A stretch of DNA of 24,802 nucleotides, taken from IMG/VR virus record IMGVR_UViG_3300037483_001077, positions 1-24,802 of that record. One strand, given 5' to 3'. The notes beneath the pieces are model-generated. The model searched no databases and had not been told where the DNA came from. It worked only from the letters and a program-made list of their open reading frames with translations. This DNA comes from a virus (taxonomy: Duplodnaviria > Caudoviricetes). The first letter of the stretch is position 1. Each line of letters starts with the position of its first letter. Below, one piece after another: positions 16,435 to 23,924 of this stretch. Both the position numbers and the translations under genes were made by a program.

Positions 16435-18270
16435 TCACCCCTCGTCCCCCGCGATCTCGTCGTAGCGGGCGAGGTCGACGAGGAGGCAGTGCGCCGCCAC
16501 CCGGTTGATCTTGACCACCCTGTAGCCATCCCTGACCGCCCCGTCGTGGACGCCCTGCCTCAGGCTAGACCACCAGCCGCCGTCCTGCCAGCGCGAGCCC
16601 TGATAGAGCCGGCCGAGCGAGGGCGACGAGCGCGGCACCGCGAGCAGGTACCGCCGCTCGCCATGGGCCCCGCCCTCCGGCCGTTCCTCGACCAGGCCGA
16701 GCCCCGCGGCCGCCAGCCGGTTGCGGATGAACTTGAGATCCGTCTCGTCGATCTCGTCGAGCACCGCGCCCACGGTCGGCTTCTCGCCCGACTTCCAGGC
16801 GTCGATGGTCGAGCCTAGGACATGTTCGAGGCACGTCCGCCAGTTGGGCTGCTGGGCCGCGCGGTCGGTCCTGGTCGCCGCCGCCACCGCCTCGCCGACG
16901 CGCGCGGCGTCCGTCACCGGCAGGCCGGCGTCCTCCATGATCTCGGCCCCGAGCATCAGCTCGGCGATCGCGAACAGCGTCCCCCAGGTGTCCTGCTGGC
17001 GGCCGTCGAGACCGGCCTGCTTGAGGTTGACGCGCCAGTCGCCCAGCATGTGGTCGAACTCCGGCCAGGCGTCCATCAGCGCCCTCAGGATCATCCGCCC
17101 GGCGTCGGGCTCGATCCTCGGCGGCTCGCCCACGTCGGCGAGCTGGTCGAGATCGAGCAGCGCGAACCGCGACCGGTCCTGCGGGCGCATCGGCGGCGGG
17201 ATGATCCCGGTCATGAAGAACGCCGAGCGCGCCTGGAACTCCACCCCCTTGTGGTCGGCGCCGCCGCGCCAGTGGCGCGCGCCCGACGAGGCGAGCCGGG
17301 CGAGCTCGATGATCGCCTCGACCCGGCGGTTGTCGGCGCTCGCCTCCATCTCGTCGACCGCCACCGGCAGCGTGTCGAGGCCGAGGCGTTGCCTCACCCC
17401 CGCCTCGGTCGTGTTCGCCGCGTCATGGAGCGCGGCGCCGAGAACGGCCTTGACCAGGCGTTGCAGCTCGGTCTTGCCGGTCTTCTGGTCGCCGGCGACG
17501 AACAGGTGCGGCCGCCATGGCAGGGCGCCGCCGATGAGCATCGCGCCGAGCGCGCCGACCACGATCACCGGGTCGACGCCCGGGCGGCCCCAGGACCACG
17601 AGGTGAGCGCGGTGAAGATCTCCCGCGCCGGGTTGTCCTCGGCCGGCACCGGCTCGAGCCACGGCACGATGGTCAGCGGCCGCGCCGGGTAGAACAGGCC
17701 GTCGATCTCGCCCGGCGGCGCGTGCTGGAGCCTCGCGCCCCTCCCGTCCGGCACCACCGTCCACAGCCCGTCGCCCGAGTGCCAGATCAGCCGGCCGTGA
17801 TCGTCGACCCAGGCGCCGCGCCCGCGCACCCGGTCGATCGGCTGGAACAGGCCGCGCCCGGCCGCGGCCTTGACCAGGCACTGGGCGGCGTCGTCCGCCG
17901 CGATCCCGGTGATGACGAAATCGTCCTTCGACTTCGCCCATTTCGGCCACGCCCACTCGAGGAAGTTGGGAGTGAGGGCGAACAGATCGATCAGGATCTT
18001 CTTGCCCCATTCGTTCGACGTCACCGGAATGAGCTGGCCGAGGGTGTCGACGAAGTAGCTGATCTTGCCGTCCTTGCCGAGCGGCTGCACCGGGCAGCCC
18101 GGCGGCAGCCGGTCGACCGGATGGCCCGGCCACTGGCCGGCGAGCACCTTGTCGCCGCCGACCTCGCGCCCGCCGATCGCCGGCGGGTCGTCGATGGCGG
18201 TTTGCCTGTCGAGCTCGGCGCGCGCGTCGCAGAACGCGGCGCGCACCCGGCCCGGCCCCTTGCGAGCCAT
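16435..18270 (-). CDS. P-loop NTPase, probable replicative helicase/origin-binding protein
   Basis: 611 aa. Walker A GDQKTGKT, Walker B VAVDEME, RGRGAW, TTEAGVRQ and QDRSRF (Arg-finger-like). Downstream of the primase. Confidence 0.8.
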   Translation of the reverse strand: MARKGPGRVRAAFCDARAELDRQTAIDDPPAIGGREVGGDKVLAGQWPGHPVDRLPPGCPVQPLGKDGKISYFVDTLGQLIPVTSNEWGKKILIDLFALTPNFLEWAWPKWAKSKDDFVITGIAADDAAQCLVKAAAGRGLFQPIDRVRGRGAWVDDHGRLIWHSGDGLWTVVPDGRGARLQHAPPGEIDGLFYPARPLTIVPWLEPVPAEDNPAREIFTALTSWSWGRPGVDPVIVVGALGAMLIGGALPWRPHLFVAGDQKTGKTELQRLVKAVLGAALHDAANTTEAGVRQRLGLDTLPVAVDEMEASADNRRVEAIIELARLASSGARHWRGGADHKGVEFQARSAFFMTGIIPPPMRPQDRSRFALLDLDQLADVGEPPRIEPDAGRMILRALMDAWPEFDHMLGDWRVNLKQAGLDGRQQDTWGTLFAIAELMLGAEIMEDAGLPVTDAARVGEAVAAATRTDRAAQQPNWRTCLEHVLGSTIDAWKSGEKPTVGAVLDEIDETDLKFIRNRLAAAGLGLVEERPEGGAHGERRYLLAVPRSSPSLGRLYQGSRWQDGGWWSSLRQGVHDGAVRDGYRVVKINRVAAHCLLVDLARYDEIAGDEG

Positions 18271-18276
18271 GGTTGC

Positions 18277-18310
18277 ATTCCCTGTCGGAGCTTCGCTCCT
18301 CCACGCCTCT
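18277..18310 (-). repeat. Dispersed hairpin element, copy 2 of 3
   Basis: Minus strand AGAGGCGTGGA-GGAGC-GAA-GCTCC-GACAGGGAAT, ending 6 nt before the helicase ATG. Confidence 0.8.
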
Positions 18311-18350
18311 CGTGGGCGAGGGCGAAAAAGGTCCTATGGTGAAACGCCGG

Positions 18351-18740
18351 TCACTTGCGCGGCCTGGCTGGCCTCGGCCGCGCCCGCGGCCGCTTCGCCA
18401 GCGCCTTGCGCCTGAGCTGGGCCTCGACGCCCTCGCGCGCGACCCGCTCGGCCAGCGTCGGCAGCCCCCGGTGGTGGAGGTCGGTGTTGCTGGTGCGCAG
18501 GGTCTCGCGCATCATCGCGGCGACGACGTTGCCGGCCGCCGCCATCGGCTCGGCCGCGGCCGGCGCCGGCGGCGCCGCGAGCTCGCCCTTGGGCGGCGGC
18601 GCCGGCTTGCCGAGATCGACCCGGTCCCCGAGCCCGTCGGCCGGCTCGATCGCGCGCTCCATCCGCGCCGAGGCTGTCCTCACCGTCTCCCGCGATGGCT
18701 GCTGGGGCTCGCCGCGCACCCGTCCGTCGTCGCCGCTCAT
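18351..18740 (-). CDS. Hypothetical protein with a basic C-terminus
   Basis: 129 aa from ATG 18740, ATGA-coupled to the DHH gene. Confidence 0.6.
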   Translation of the reverse strand: MSGDDGRVRGEPQQPSRETVRTASARMERAIEPADGLGDRVDLGKPAPPPKGELAAPPAPAAAEPMAAAGNVVAAMMRETLRTSNTDLHHRGLPTLAERVAREGVEAQLRRKALAKRPRARPRPARPRK

Positions 18741-19636
18741 GCCGGCACCCGGAAGCCGGCTGCGTTTCGATGCCCGCCGCCGCCGAATTGGCGCGCGACC
18801 TTGCTCACGTCCTCGCGGCCGTCCTCGGACCTCAGCGAATACGTCCTGGCGCCGAAGCTGTGGTACCAGACGGCCGCAAAGGCGGCGCTGCTGTCGCGTT
18901 GCAGGAGCTCGTGGCCGACGTCCGACGCCATGAACCATGGGGCGTTGACGACGGGCACCAGGTGCGGACCGATCCTTCCAGGCACCGCCGCATCGCACAC
19001 CTCGGCGATCTTGCGATCATAGAAGCGCTCGATCGCGTGCGCCTCGGCGAGCACGTTGGCGCGGTCGCCGCCGATGTCGTCGAACGCGCGCATCAGATCG
19101 TCCCACACCTCGAACTCGTAAGGGAAGGACCGCAAGAGCAGCGACAGCGGGCGGGTGTGCTCGTGCGGATGCTTCACCCAAAGATCGCGCTCGGCGATGT
19201 GGCGTATCAGCTTCGGCGCGGGATCATCGGGGAAGCAGAACGCCCACGTCAGCTCGGCCCCGCACTGCTCCATATCGAAAGTGGCGAACACCGCGGGGTC
19301 ACCGTGGTCGAGATAGCTGACCGCCTCGCCGGCCGTCTTGACCGAACCCTGGAAAACCGAAACATGCGCAAGATCCTCAGCCGCCGTCTTGTGGTGGTCG
19401 AGGATGAAGATCGACCGCGCCTCATCGGCCATCGCAGCCAATACGTCCGGCTTGAACGAAAAATCGGCGATCAGCACGTCCTTGCCGGCGAGGTCGATGT
19501 CGAGCGGCTGGCCGTAGTTGCGCCCGGCGAACAGAACCTCGCCCGGCCACTTGCGATTAACCACCCACGCTGCCGCAAAGCCGTCGTCGCAGGGGAAATG
19601 GTGAATGCATATGTCCGGCTTCCAAGTCATTGTCAT
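18737..19636 (-). CDS. DHH/DHHA1 phosphoesterase
   Basis: 299 aa from ATG 19636 (GGAGGAG RBS). HFPCDDG, ADFSF, LDHHKTA, RDLW, YSLRS and GGGGHRNAAGF motifs. Confidence 0.93.
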   Translation of the reverse strand: MTMTWKPDICIHHFPCDDGFAAAWVVNRKWPGEVLFAGRNYGQPLDIDLAGKDVLIADFSFKPDVLAAMADEARSIFILDHHKTAAEDLAHVSVFQGSVKTAGEAVSYLDHGDPAVFATFDMEQCGAELTWAFCFPDDPAPKLIRHIAERDLWVKHPHEHTRPLSLLLRSFPYEFEVWDDLMRAFDDIGGDRANVLAEAHAIERFYDRKIAEVCDAAVPGRIGPHLVPVVNAPWFMASDVGHELLQRDSSAAFAAVWYHSFGARTYSLRSEDGREDVSKVARQFGGGGHRNAAGFRVPA

Positions 19637-20742
19637 GTCTCCTCCTTCACCAGATCGTTGAAATCGTTGACGCCGGCTCCGGCGGCCATCGCCGCCACCG
19701 GCTTGCCGTGGCGGGCGAGCCCGGCGCGCGTCGCCTGGCGCCGCTCGGCCGCGGCGGCGCCCTTGTCGTTGTCCTCGGCGACGATCACCCGCTCGATCGC
19801 GGGATGGTCGACATAGGCGTTCTGGATGTTGCCGGCGCTTGCGGCCGCGGCGACCCGCGCCTCCGGCGCCGCCAGCGCCACGGTCAGCATGGTCTCGATC
19901 CCCTCGCCGATGATCCAGTCCGAGAGAACGCCGTTCTCCGCCGCCTCCTCCATGGTGAGCCCGTCCGCCCCCATGGCGAGCCGGATCACCGCGCCGCGGA
20001 CCTCGCCGTACATCAGTTTTGCCTCCGGCACGTCCGCCTTGCCGGTCCCGTCGTGCCTCAAAAAGGTGCAATGGACGGCGGTGATGTCGCCGGCGCGGTT
20101 TCGCATCGCGCCCACCATGGCCGGGAACGACGGCCCCGGCTCGGCCTTGATCCTCGCCCCGTCCGGGCGGACCTCCCACCTCGCCCCCTTCCACCATTCG
20201 AGCCGGTCGCAGAACCTGAGATCGCCTTCCGGGTGTTTGAGCGCCACCCAGGCGATGCCGCGCCTTGCGAGATAGACCTCGGCGAGCGAGCCCTCGATCG
20301 GCTCCCGCGCCCTCGTCCACAACCGCATCGCCGCCCGGCGCTTTTTCGCCGCCCGCTCGCTCGCGGCGTGGAGCTCCTCGCGCGCCCGCCGTCTCGCGCG
20401 GCTCTTGGCCCGGGCGAGATCGTCGGCGCCCATCTGGCGGACGCCGAGAAAGTCCTCGGCCCAGCGCAGCGCGAACGCCCTGTTCTGTCCGTGCACATAG
20501 GCGATGAGGTCGATCACGTCGCCCTTGGCCGCGCCCCGCGGCGAGTACTCGCAGAAGCCTCCCGTCGCCGGTCCGGTCATCCAGATCACGAACGATCCGG
20601 GCCGGCGGTCGTCGCGGGTCGGATTCCGCGGCGTGAACACCGGGCCGGCCGGGATCCGCTCGCCCGGGAACAGCCTGGCGCACAAGGAGCGCACCTGTCC
20701 CTGGAGCATGTCGCGGATCTGGCGCGGCCCGGCGCGGTTCAT
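19633..20742 (-). CDS. Toprim DNA primase (P4 alpha/DUF7146-like)
   Basis: 369 aa. KGDVIDLI, AEVYLARRGI, AVHCTFL...GKA...AKLMYG, GEGIET, AEDND and NDFND motifs. Confidence 0.9.
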   Translation of the reverse strand: MNRAGPRQIRDMLQGQVRSLCARLFPGERIPAGPVFTPRNPTRDDRRPGSFVIWMTGPATGGFCEYSPRGAAKGDVIDLIAYVHGQNRAFALRWAEDFLGVRQMGADDLARAKSRARRRAREELHAASERAAKKRRAAMRLWTRAREPIEGSLAEVYLARRGIAWVALKHPEGDLRFCDRLEWWKGARWEVRPDGARIKAEPGPSFPAMVGAMRNRAGDITAVHCTFLRHDGTGKADVPEAKLMYGEVRGAVIRLAMGADGLTMEEAAENGVLSDWIIGEGIETMLTVALAAPEARVAAAASAGNIQNAYVDHPAIERVIVAEDNDKGAAAAERRQATRAGLARHGKPVAAMAAGAGVNDFNDLVKEET

Positions 20743-20747
20743 CGGAC

Positions 20748-21173
20748 CTAAGCCGCCTCCCGCCGGCCGGGCGCGCTCTCGTCCTCGTCGGCGAGGAAGG
20801 CCCAGGGAGGCAGGAACACGATCAGGGCGTCGCCCTCGACTTTCGAGACACAGCGCGTCGACTTGAACGTGTCATCCGGGGCGAATTCCGGCTCTCCCAG
20901 ATTGACCCGCAAGGTCAAGGTTTCCCGATTCCGGGGCGCGGAAAGCACTTGGGGCTTGAAGGCTCCGTCGTCCTTCACCGCGACGCGAAGCGTGCCGCGA
21001 TCCTCGCCCCGGCCGATGGCGATCTCCAGCGGCGCGCCGGTCTTGGCGACCGGCGGCAGGAACTCGGCCGGGATGTTGAGGCTCACCGCCATGCCGGCCC
21101 TGACTTCCTTCGCCGACATCGTGACGCACCGCGGATTCTCCGCCGGCGGCGCCTCGAGCGCCTCGAAGCTCAC
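20748..21173 (-). CDS. Hypothetical protein
   Basis: 141 aa, GTGA overlap with the upstream gene, GGAGAGG RBS. Confidence 0.75.
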   Translation of the reverse strand: MSFEALEAPPAENPRCVTMSAKEVRAGMAVSLNIPAEFLPPVAKTGAPLEIAIGRGEDRGTLRVAVKDDGAFKPQVLSAPRNRETLTLRVNLGEPEFAPDDTFKSTRCVSKVEGDALIVFLPPWAFLADEDESAPGRREAA

Positions 21174-21568
21174 GGCGCCTCTCCGCCGCCGGCGGCCCGC
21201 GCGGCGGCGGCGCGCTCGCGCTCCCGGTCCGCCGCCCAGCCGTCCGGGTCGCGGACCTTCTTCATGCCCCCGGTCGTCGCCCTGAGGAAGAAGGTGAGCC
21301 CGTTCGGGTTCCGCTCGACGGTGGCGAGGCCGTCGGCGGCGAGGTCGTCCGCGAGCACGAGCTCGTAATCGATGTCGGCGCCGCGCCGCGGCCGGTAGGT
21401 GCCCTCGGCGACCGCGCGGCGGAGCATGTCGTCCTTCGTTTTCGTCGTCGCGTCCGCCGGCTCGGGCCCGGCCGCGGTCTCCGTCGCGGCCGGCTCGGGC
21501 CCGGCCGCGGTCTCCGTCGCGGCCGGCGCGGCCGCCGCGGACTGCTTTTTGGGTCGTCTCGCCATCAT
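21170..21568 (-). CDS. Hypothetical protein
   Basis: 132 aa from ATG 21568 with AAGGAGAG RBS. Confidence 0.7.
   Translation of the reverse strand: MMARRPKKQSAAAAPAATETAAGPEPAATETAAGPEPADATTKTKDDMLRRAVAEGTYRPRRGADIDYELVLADDLAADGLATVERNPNGLTFFLRATTGGMKKVRDPDGWAADRERERAAAARAAGGGEAP
21456..21527. repeat. Perfect 33-nt tandem duplication (about 2.2 copies)
   Basis: GCCGGCTCGGGCCCGGCCGCGGTCTCCGTCGCG x2, encoding a repeat of ATETAAGPEPA. Confidence 0.95.
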
Positions 21569-21591
21569 GTCTCTCCTTTGCTGGCGGGTGG

Positions 21592-21951
21592 TCAGTCGGG
21601 AAGAATGAGCCCGGCCGCGGTCTCGCGCCGCGGCGCGAGCTCGGACAGGACGTTCAGGTGGATCAGCGACATCACCTGGGTGGCGACCCGCCGCCGGTCG
21701 CCGTCGCCGATCGCGGCGCCGACCATCTGGGTGACGAGGTTGGCCGCCGCGCCGGCGAGCGCGTGAAGGAGATGGGGCGCCGGCGTCGCCCGGTCGCGCT
21801 CGTCCTCGAGGATGTCGACCACGACCGGCATCAGCGCCAGCATCGCCCGGGCCTGGGCGCCCTCCGCCGTTCCCGGCCTCAGCGCCGCCTCGGTCCTCAG
21901 CCGCGGCTCGATCCGCTCCCATTCATTCCTCAGTGGATGGCGCATGGTCAT
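21592..21951 (-). CDS. Hypothetical helical protein
   Basis: 119 aa, fits the early operon. Confidence 0.7.
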   Translation of the reverse strand: MTMRHPLRNEWERIEPRLRTEAALRPGTAEGAQARAMLALMPVVVDILEDERDRATPAPHLLHALAGAAANLVTQMVGAAIGDGDRRRVATQVMSLIHLNVLSELAPRRETAAGLILPD

Positions 21952-21998
21952 TTTTTGTGTCCCTGTCGCGGCTTCGCCGCTCCGCGCCTCTTGGTCAT
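21948..21998 (-). CDS. Possible 16-aa basic mini-ORF (MTKRRGAAKPRQGHKK)
   Basis: ATGA overlaps at both ends and a GGGGGA RBS. Confidence 0.45.
   Translation of the reverse strand: MTKRRGAAKPRQGHKK
21960..21994 (-). repeat. Dispersed hairpin element, copy 3 of 3
   Basis: Minus strand CCAAGAGGCGCGGA-GCGGC-GAA-GCCGC-GACAGGGA. Confidence 0.8.
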
Positions 21999-22606
21999 GG
22001 TCGGTCCCCCATCAGTTGCGTCTCGAGCTCGGCGATGATCGCGTCGACCTGCGCGTCCTCGCGCGCGTCCTCGACCTGGCCGCAGGCGATCGAGATCGCC
22101 GCCGGCGTCATGGCGCAGACCCGGGCCAGCTCCATCTGGCGCACCCCGGCGCCGGTGTTGACGAGATAGATCGCGATCCGCCGCGCGTCGGCCGCGCGCA
22201 GCCACTCCGGCATCGATGACTGCACCGGCCAGGGCCGTTGCGCCTTGATGAGAGTGAAGTCGTAGCCGAAATGGCCGCACACCGCGGCGAGGGTGGCGTT
22301 GTAGAGGCAGCGGGTGACGAGGTCGTCCGCGAGCGCCAGCCCGGCGCGGCCGCGCGCCAGGGCGCGGCGGAGCCGCATCAGCGTCGAGCGCCGGAACGGC
22401 CCCCGCCCGGCGAGCAGCCGCTCGTAGGTCTGCCGGCTGATCCTCGCGTTCCAGCACAGCTCGACCTGGGTGAGCCCGATCTCGGCCCGCTGGCGCTCGA
22501 TCGCGTTTATCTTTGAGGGCATGATTTGCGCATGCCCGCTCGCCGCGCCCGCGTTTAATTGTGGGGGCATGACAGGGGGGGCCGTTCCGGTGCCGATTTC
22601 GCCCAT
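21995..22606 (-). CDS. Two-domain regulator: XRE HTH plus DnaA-C-terminal/GafY-like HTH; candidate late activator
   Basis: IERQRAEIGLTQVELCWNARISRQTYERLLAG (XRE) and ARRIAIYL...QMELAR...AISIACGQVEDARED...DAIIAELE (DnaA domain IV-like). The start may instead be 22570 or 22522. Confidence 0.75.
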   Translation of the reverse strand: MGEIGTGTAPPVMPPQLNAGAASGHAQIMPSKINAIERQRAEIGLTQVELCWNARISRQTYERLLAGRGPFRRSTLMRLRRALARGRAGLALADDLVTRCLYNATLAAVCGHFGYDFTLIKAQRPWPVQSSMPEWLRAADARRIAIYLVNTGAGVRQMELARVCAMTPAAISIACGQVEDAREDAQVDAIIAELETQLMGDRP

Positions 22607-22607
22607 G

Positions 22608-22916
22608 TCAGAGATCCGCCCGCCGCCACCAGTGGCCGCGATTGTCGTTGCCGGCCTCGGCCCGCAGGTCCTCGGCCTTGAAGTGGTCGAGGACGGCGCC
22701 GAGCATGATCAGCGCCGGTACCTCGCCCCTGGCGACGACGACCTCGCGGGCGGCGAGCAGGAGCAGGCGCTCGCGCGCCGTGCCGGTCTCCAGATCCGGG
22801 GCCACGCGCTCGATCAGCTCGCCGAGCTGTTCGACCCGTTCGCGCGGCAGCGGCGTGGCGCGCAAGCATGCCGCGAGCGAGAGCACCGCCAGGCGATCGA
22901 ACGCCGGCGCGGTCAT
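22608..22916 (-). CDS. Hypothetical protein
   Basis: 102 aa from ATG 22916 (ATGA overlap); ends WWRRADL. Confidence 0.65.
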   Translation of the reverse strand: MTAPAFDRLAVLSLAACLRATPLPRERVEQLGELIERVAPDLETGTARERLLLLAAREVVVARGEVPALIMLGAVLDHFKAEDLRAEAGNDNRGHWWRRADL

Positions 22917-23104
22917 GGCACCGGCTCGAACTTGTTGCCGACGACAACCGGCAGCGCGCGCCCGCGCGCCTCGTAGAGCGCCAGCGCCTCGGCGAGCGGG
23001 ATCGGCCAGGCCCGGATCACCCATCCGCGGCCGTTGTGGGCGCGCAGATGGGCCCGCTCGCCCTCGATCGCGATCGACAGGCAGGTGCGGGCCGCCTCAG
23101 CCAT
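22913..23104 (-). CDS. Hypothetical protein
   Basis: 63 aa from ATG 23104, 8-nt overlap with the upstream gene. Confidence 0.6.
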   Translation of the reverse strand: MAEAARTCLSIAIEGERAHLRAHNGRGWVIRAWPIPLAEALALYEARGRALPVVVGNKFEPVP

Positions 23105-23414
23105 GCCGCGCCTTCGGCGGCCGGGGCGGGGCGAGCCGGACGACATGCCGGTTGCCCTCGCCGGCGAGCGCGATCACCGCGAGCGCGAGCTCGCGCGCGG
23201 CCCCCGAGGTTCCCGTCTCCAGCGTCTCGACCGCGCGGGCGATCGCGCCGTCGACGGTCTGGGTCTCGCAGGCCGTCACCTTGCCGCGCTCATCCTCGGT
23301 CCAGGCGCAGATCACGCCGAGCGCCATGGTGCCGACATGGAGCGGCGGCCGGCCCACGCGGTCGATCGCGATCAGCCGCGTCACCTCGGCCCGGCTGTCC
23401 GCGGCCTCGGTCAT
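23097..23414 (-). CDS. Hypothetical protein
   Basis: 105 aa, ATGA overlap with the cro-like gene, GGAGG RBS. Confidence 0.7.
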   Translation of the reverse strand: MTEAADSRAEVTRLIAIDRVGRPPLHVGTMALGVICAWTEDERGKVTACETQTVDGAIARAVETLETGTSGAARELALAVIALAGEGNRHVVRLAPPRPPKARHG

Positions 23415-23767
23415 TCGGCGGCCTCCGGATCAGGTGCCAGGAGTCGGGGATCAGGTGTCAGGTGTCGGGTGTCGGGTGTCGAAGGCTCGGGTATCTGGTG
23501 CCGGATCGCCGCCCGCAAGGCGGCGAGGGTTTCGGCGTCGAGCAGCCGCCGGGCCATGCGCCAGAACATCTCGCGCTCGCAGCGGTCGAGCTCGGCAGTC
23601 ATCAGGCCGTGATGCTTCTGGAAGTTTCGGATCGTCGGGCTCATGCCGGCCTGCCAGCGCGACAGGAGCGAGGGATCAGCCCCGCACGCGCGTGCGACCA
23701 GGTTGAGCGACAGGTTGAGCGCCACCGCCCGTTGCTTTAGCTCGCCAATTTGTTCGATCCATTGCAT
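23411..23767 (-). CDS. Cro-like HTH regulator
   Basis: LNLSLNLVARACGADPSLLSRWQAGMSPT HTH. First gene of the leftward operon, divergent from the repressor. Confidence 0.8.
   Translation of the reverse strand: MQWIEQIGELKQRAVALNLSLNLVARACGADPSLLSRWQAGMSPTIRNFQKHHGLMTAELDRCEREMFWRMARRLLDAETLAALRAAIRHQIPEPSTPDTRHLTPDPRLLAPDPEAAE
23430..23500. repeat. Heptamer tandem repeat, consensus TCRGGTG
   Basis: TCAGGTG CCAGGAG TCGGGGA TCAGGTG TCAGGTG TCGGGTG TCGGGTG TCGAAGG (C) TCGGGTA TCTGGTG. Confidence 0.85.
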
Positions 23768-23882
23768 AACTCATAGGGCTGAAGTGATTTGCGAAATATG
23801 TCAAGATTGTTTTTACAAGATGCAGCGCATCGCCGAAGTCGCGCATACTAGCTCTTGCATTTTCGCAAGGGAGAGTCGGAGC
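23768..23882. promoter_or_regulatory. Divergent switch region (operators and promoters)
   Basis: AT-rich. Consensus -35 TTGACA on the minus strand (23799..23804). Imperfect inverted pair TTGCGAAATATGTCAAG / CTTGCATTTTCGCAA. Confidence 0.65.
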
Positions 23883-23924
23883 GTGGGTGGTGATGACGAC
23901 AATTCGGGCGAGGACGTTGCGGAC

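Noticed and set aside
18341-18349. GGCGTTTCA as a fifth late promoter
   Set aside because: One mismatch in the box, and the hexamer at N17 (CCCTCG) is not -10-like.
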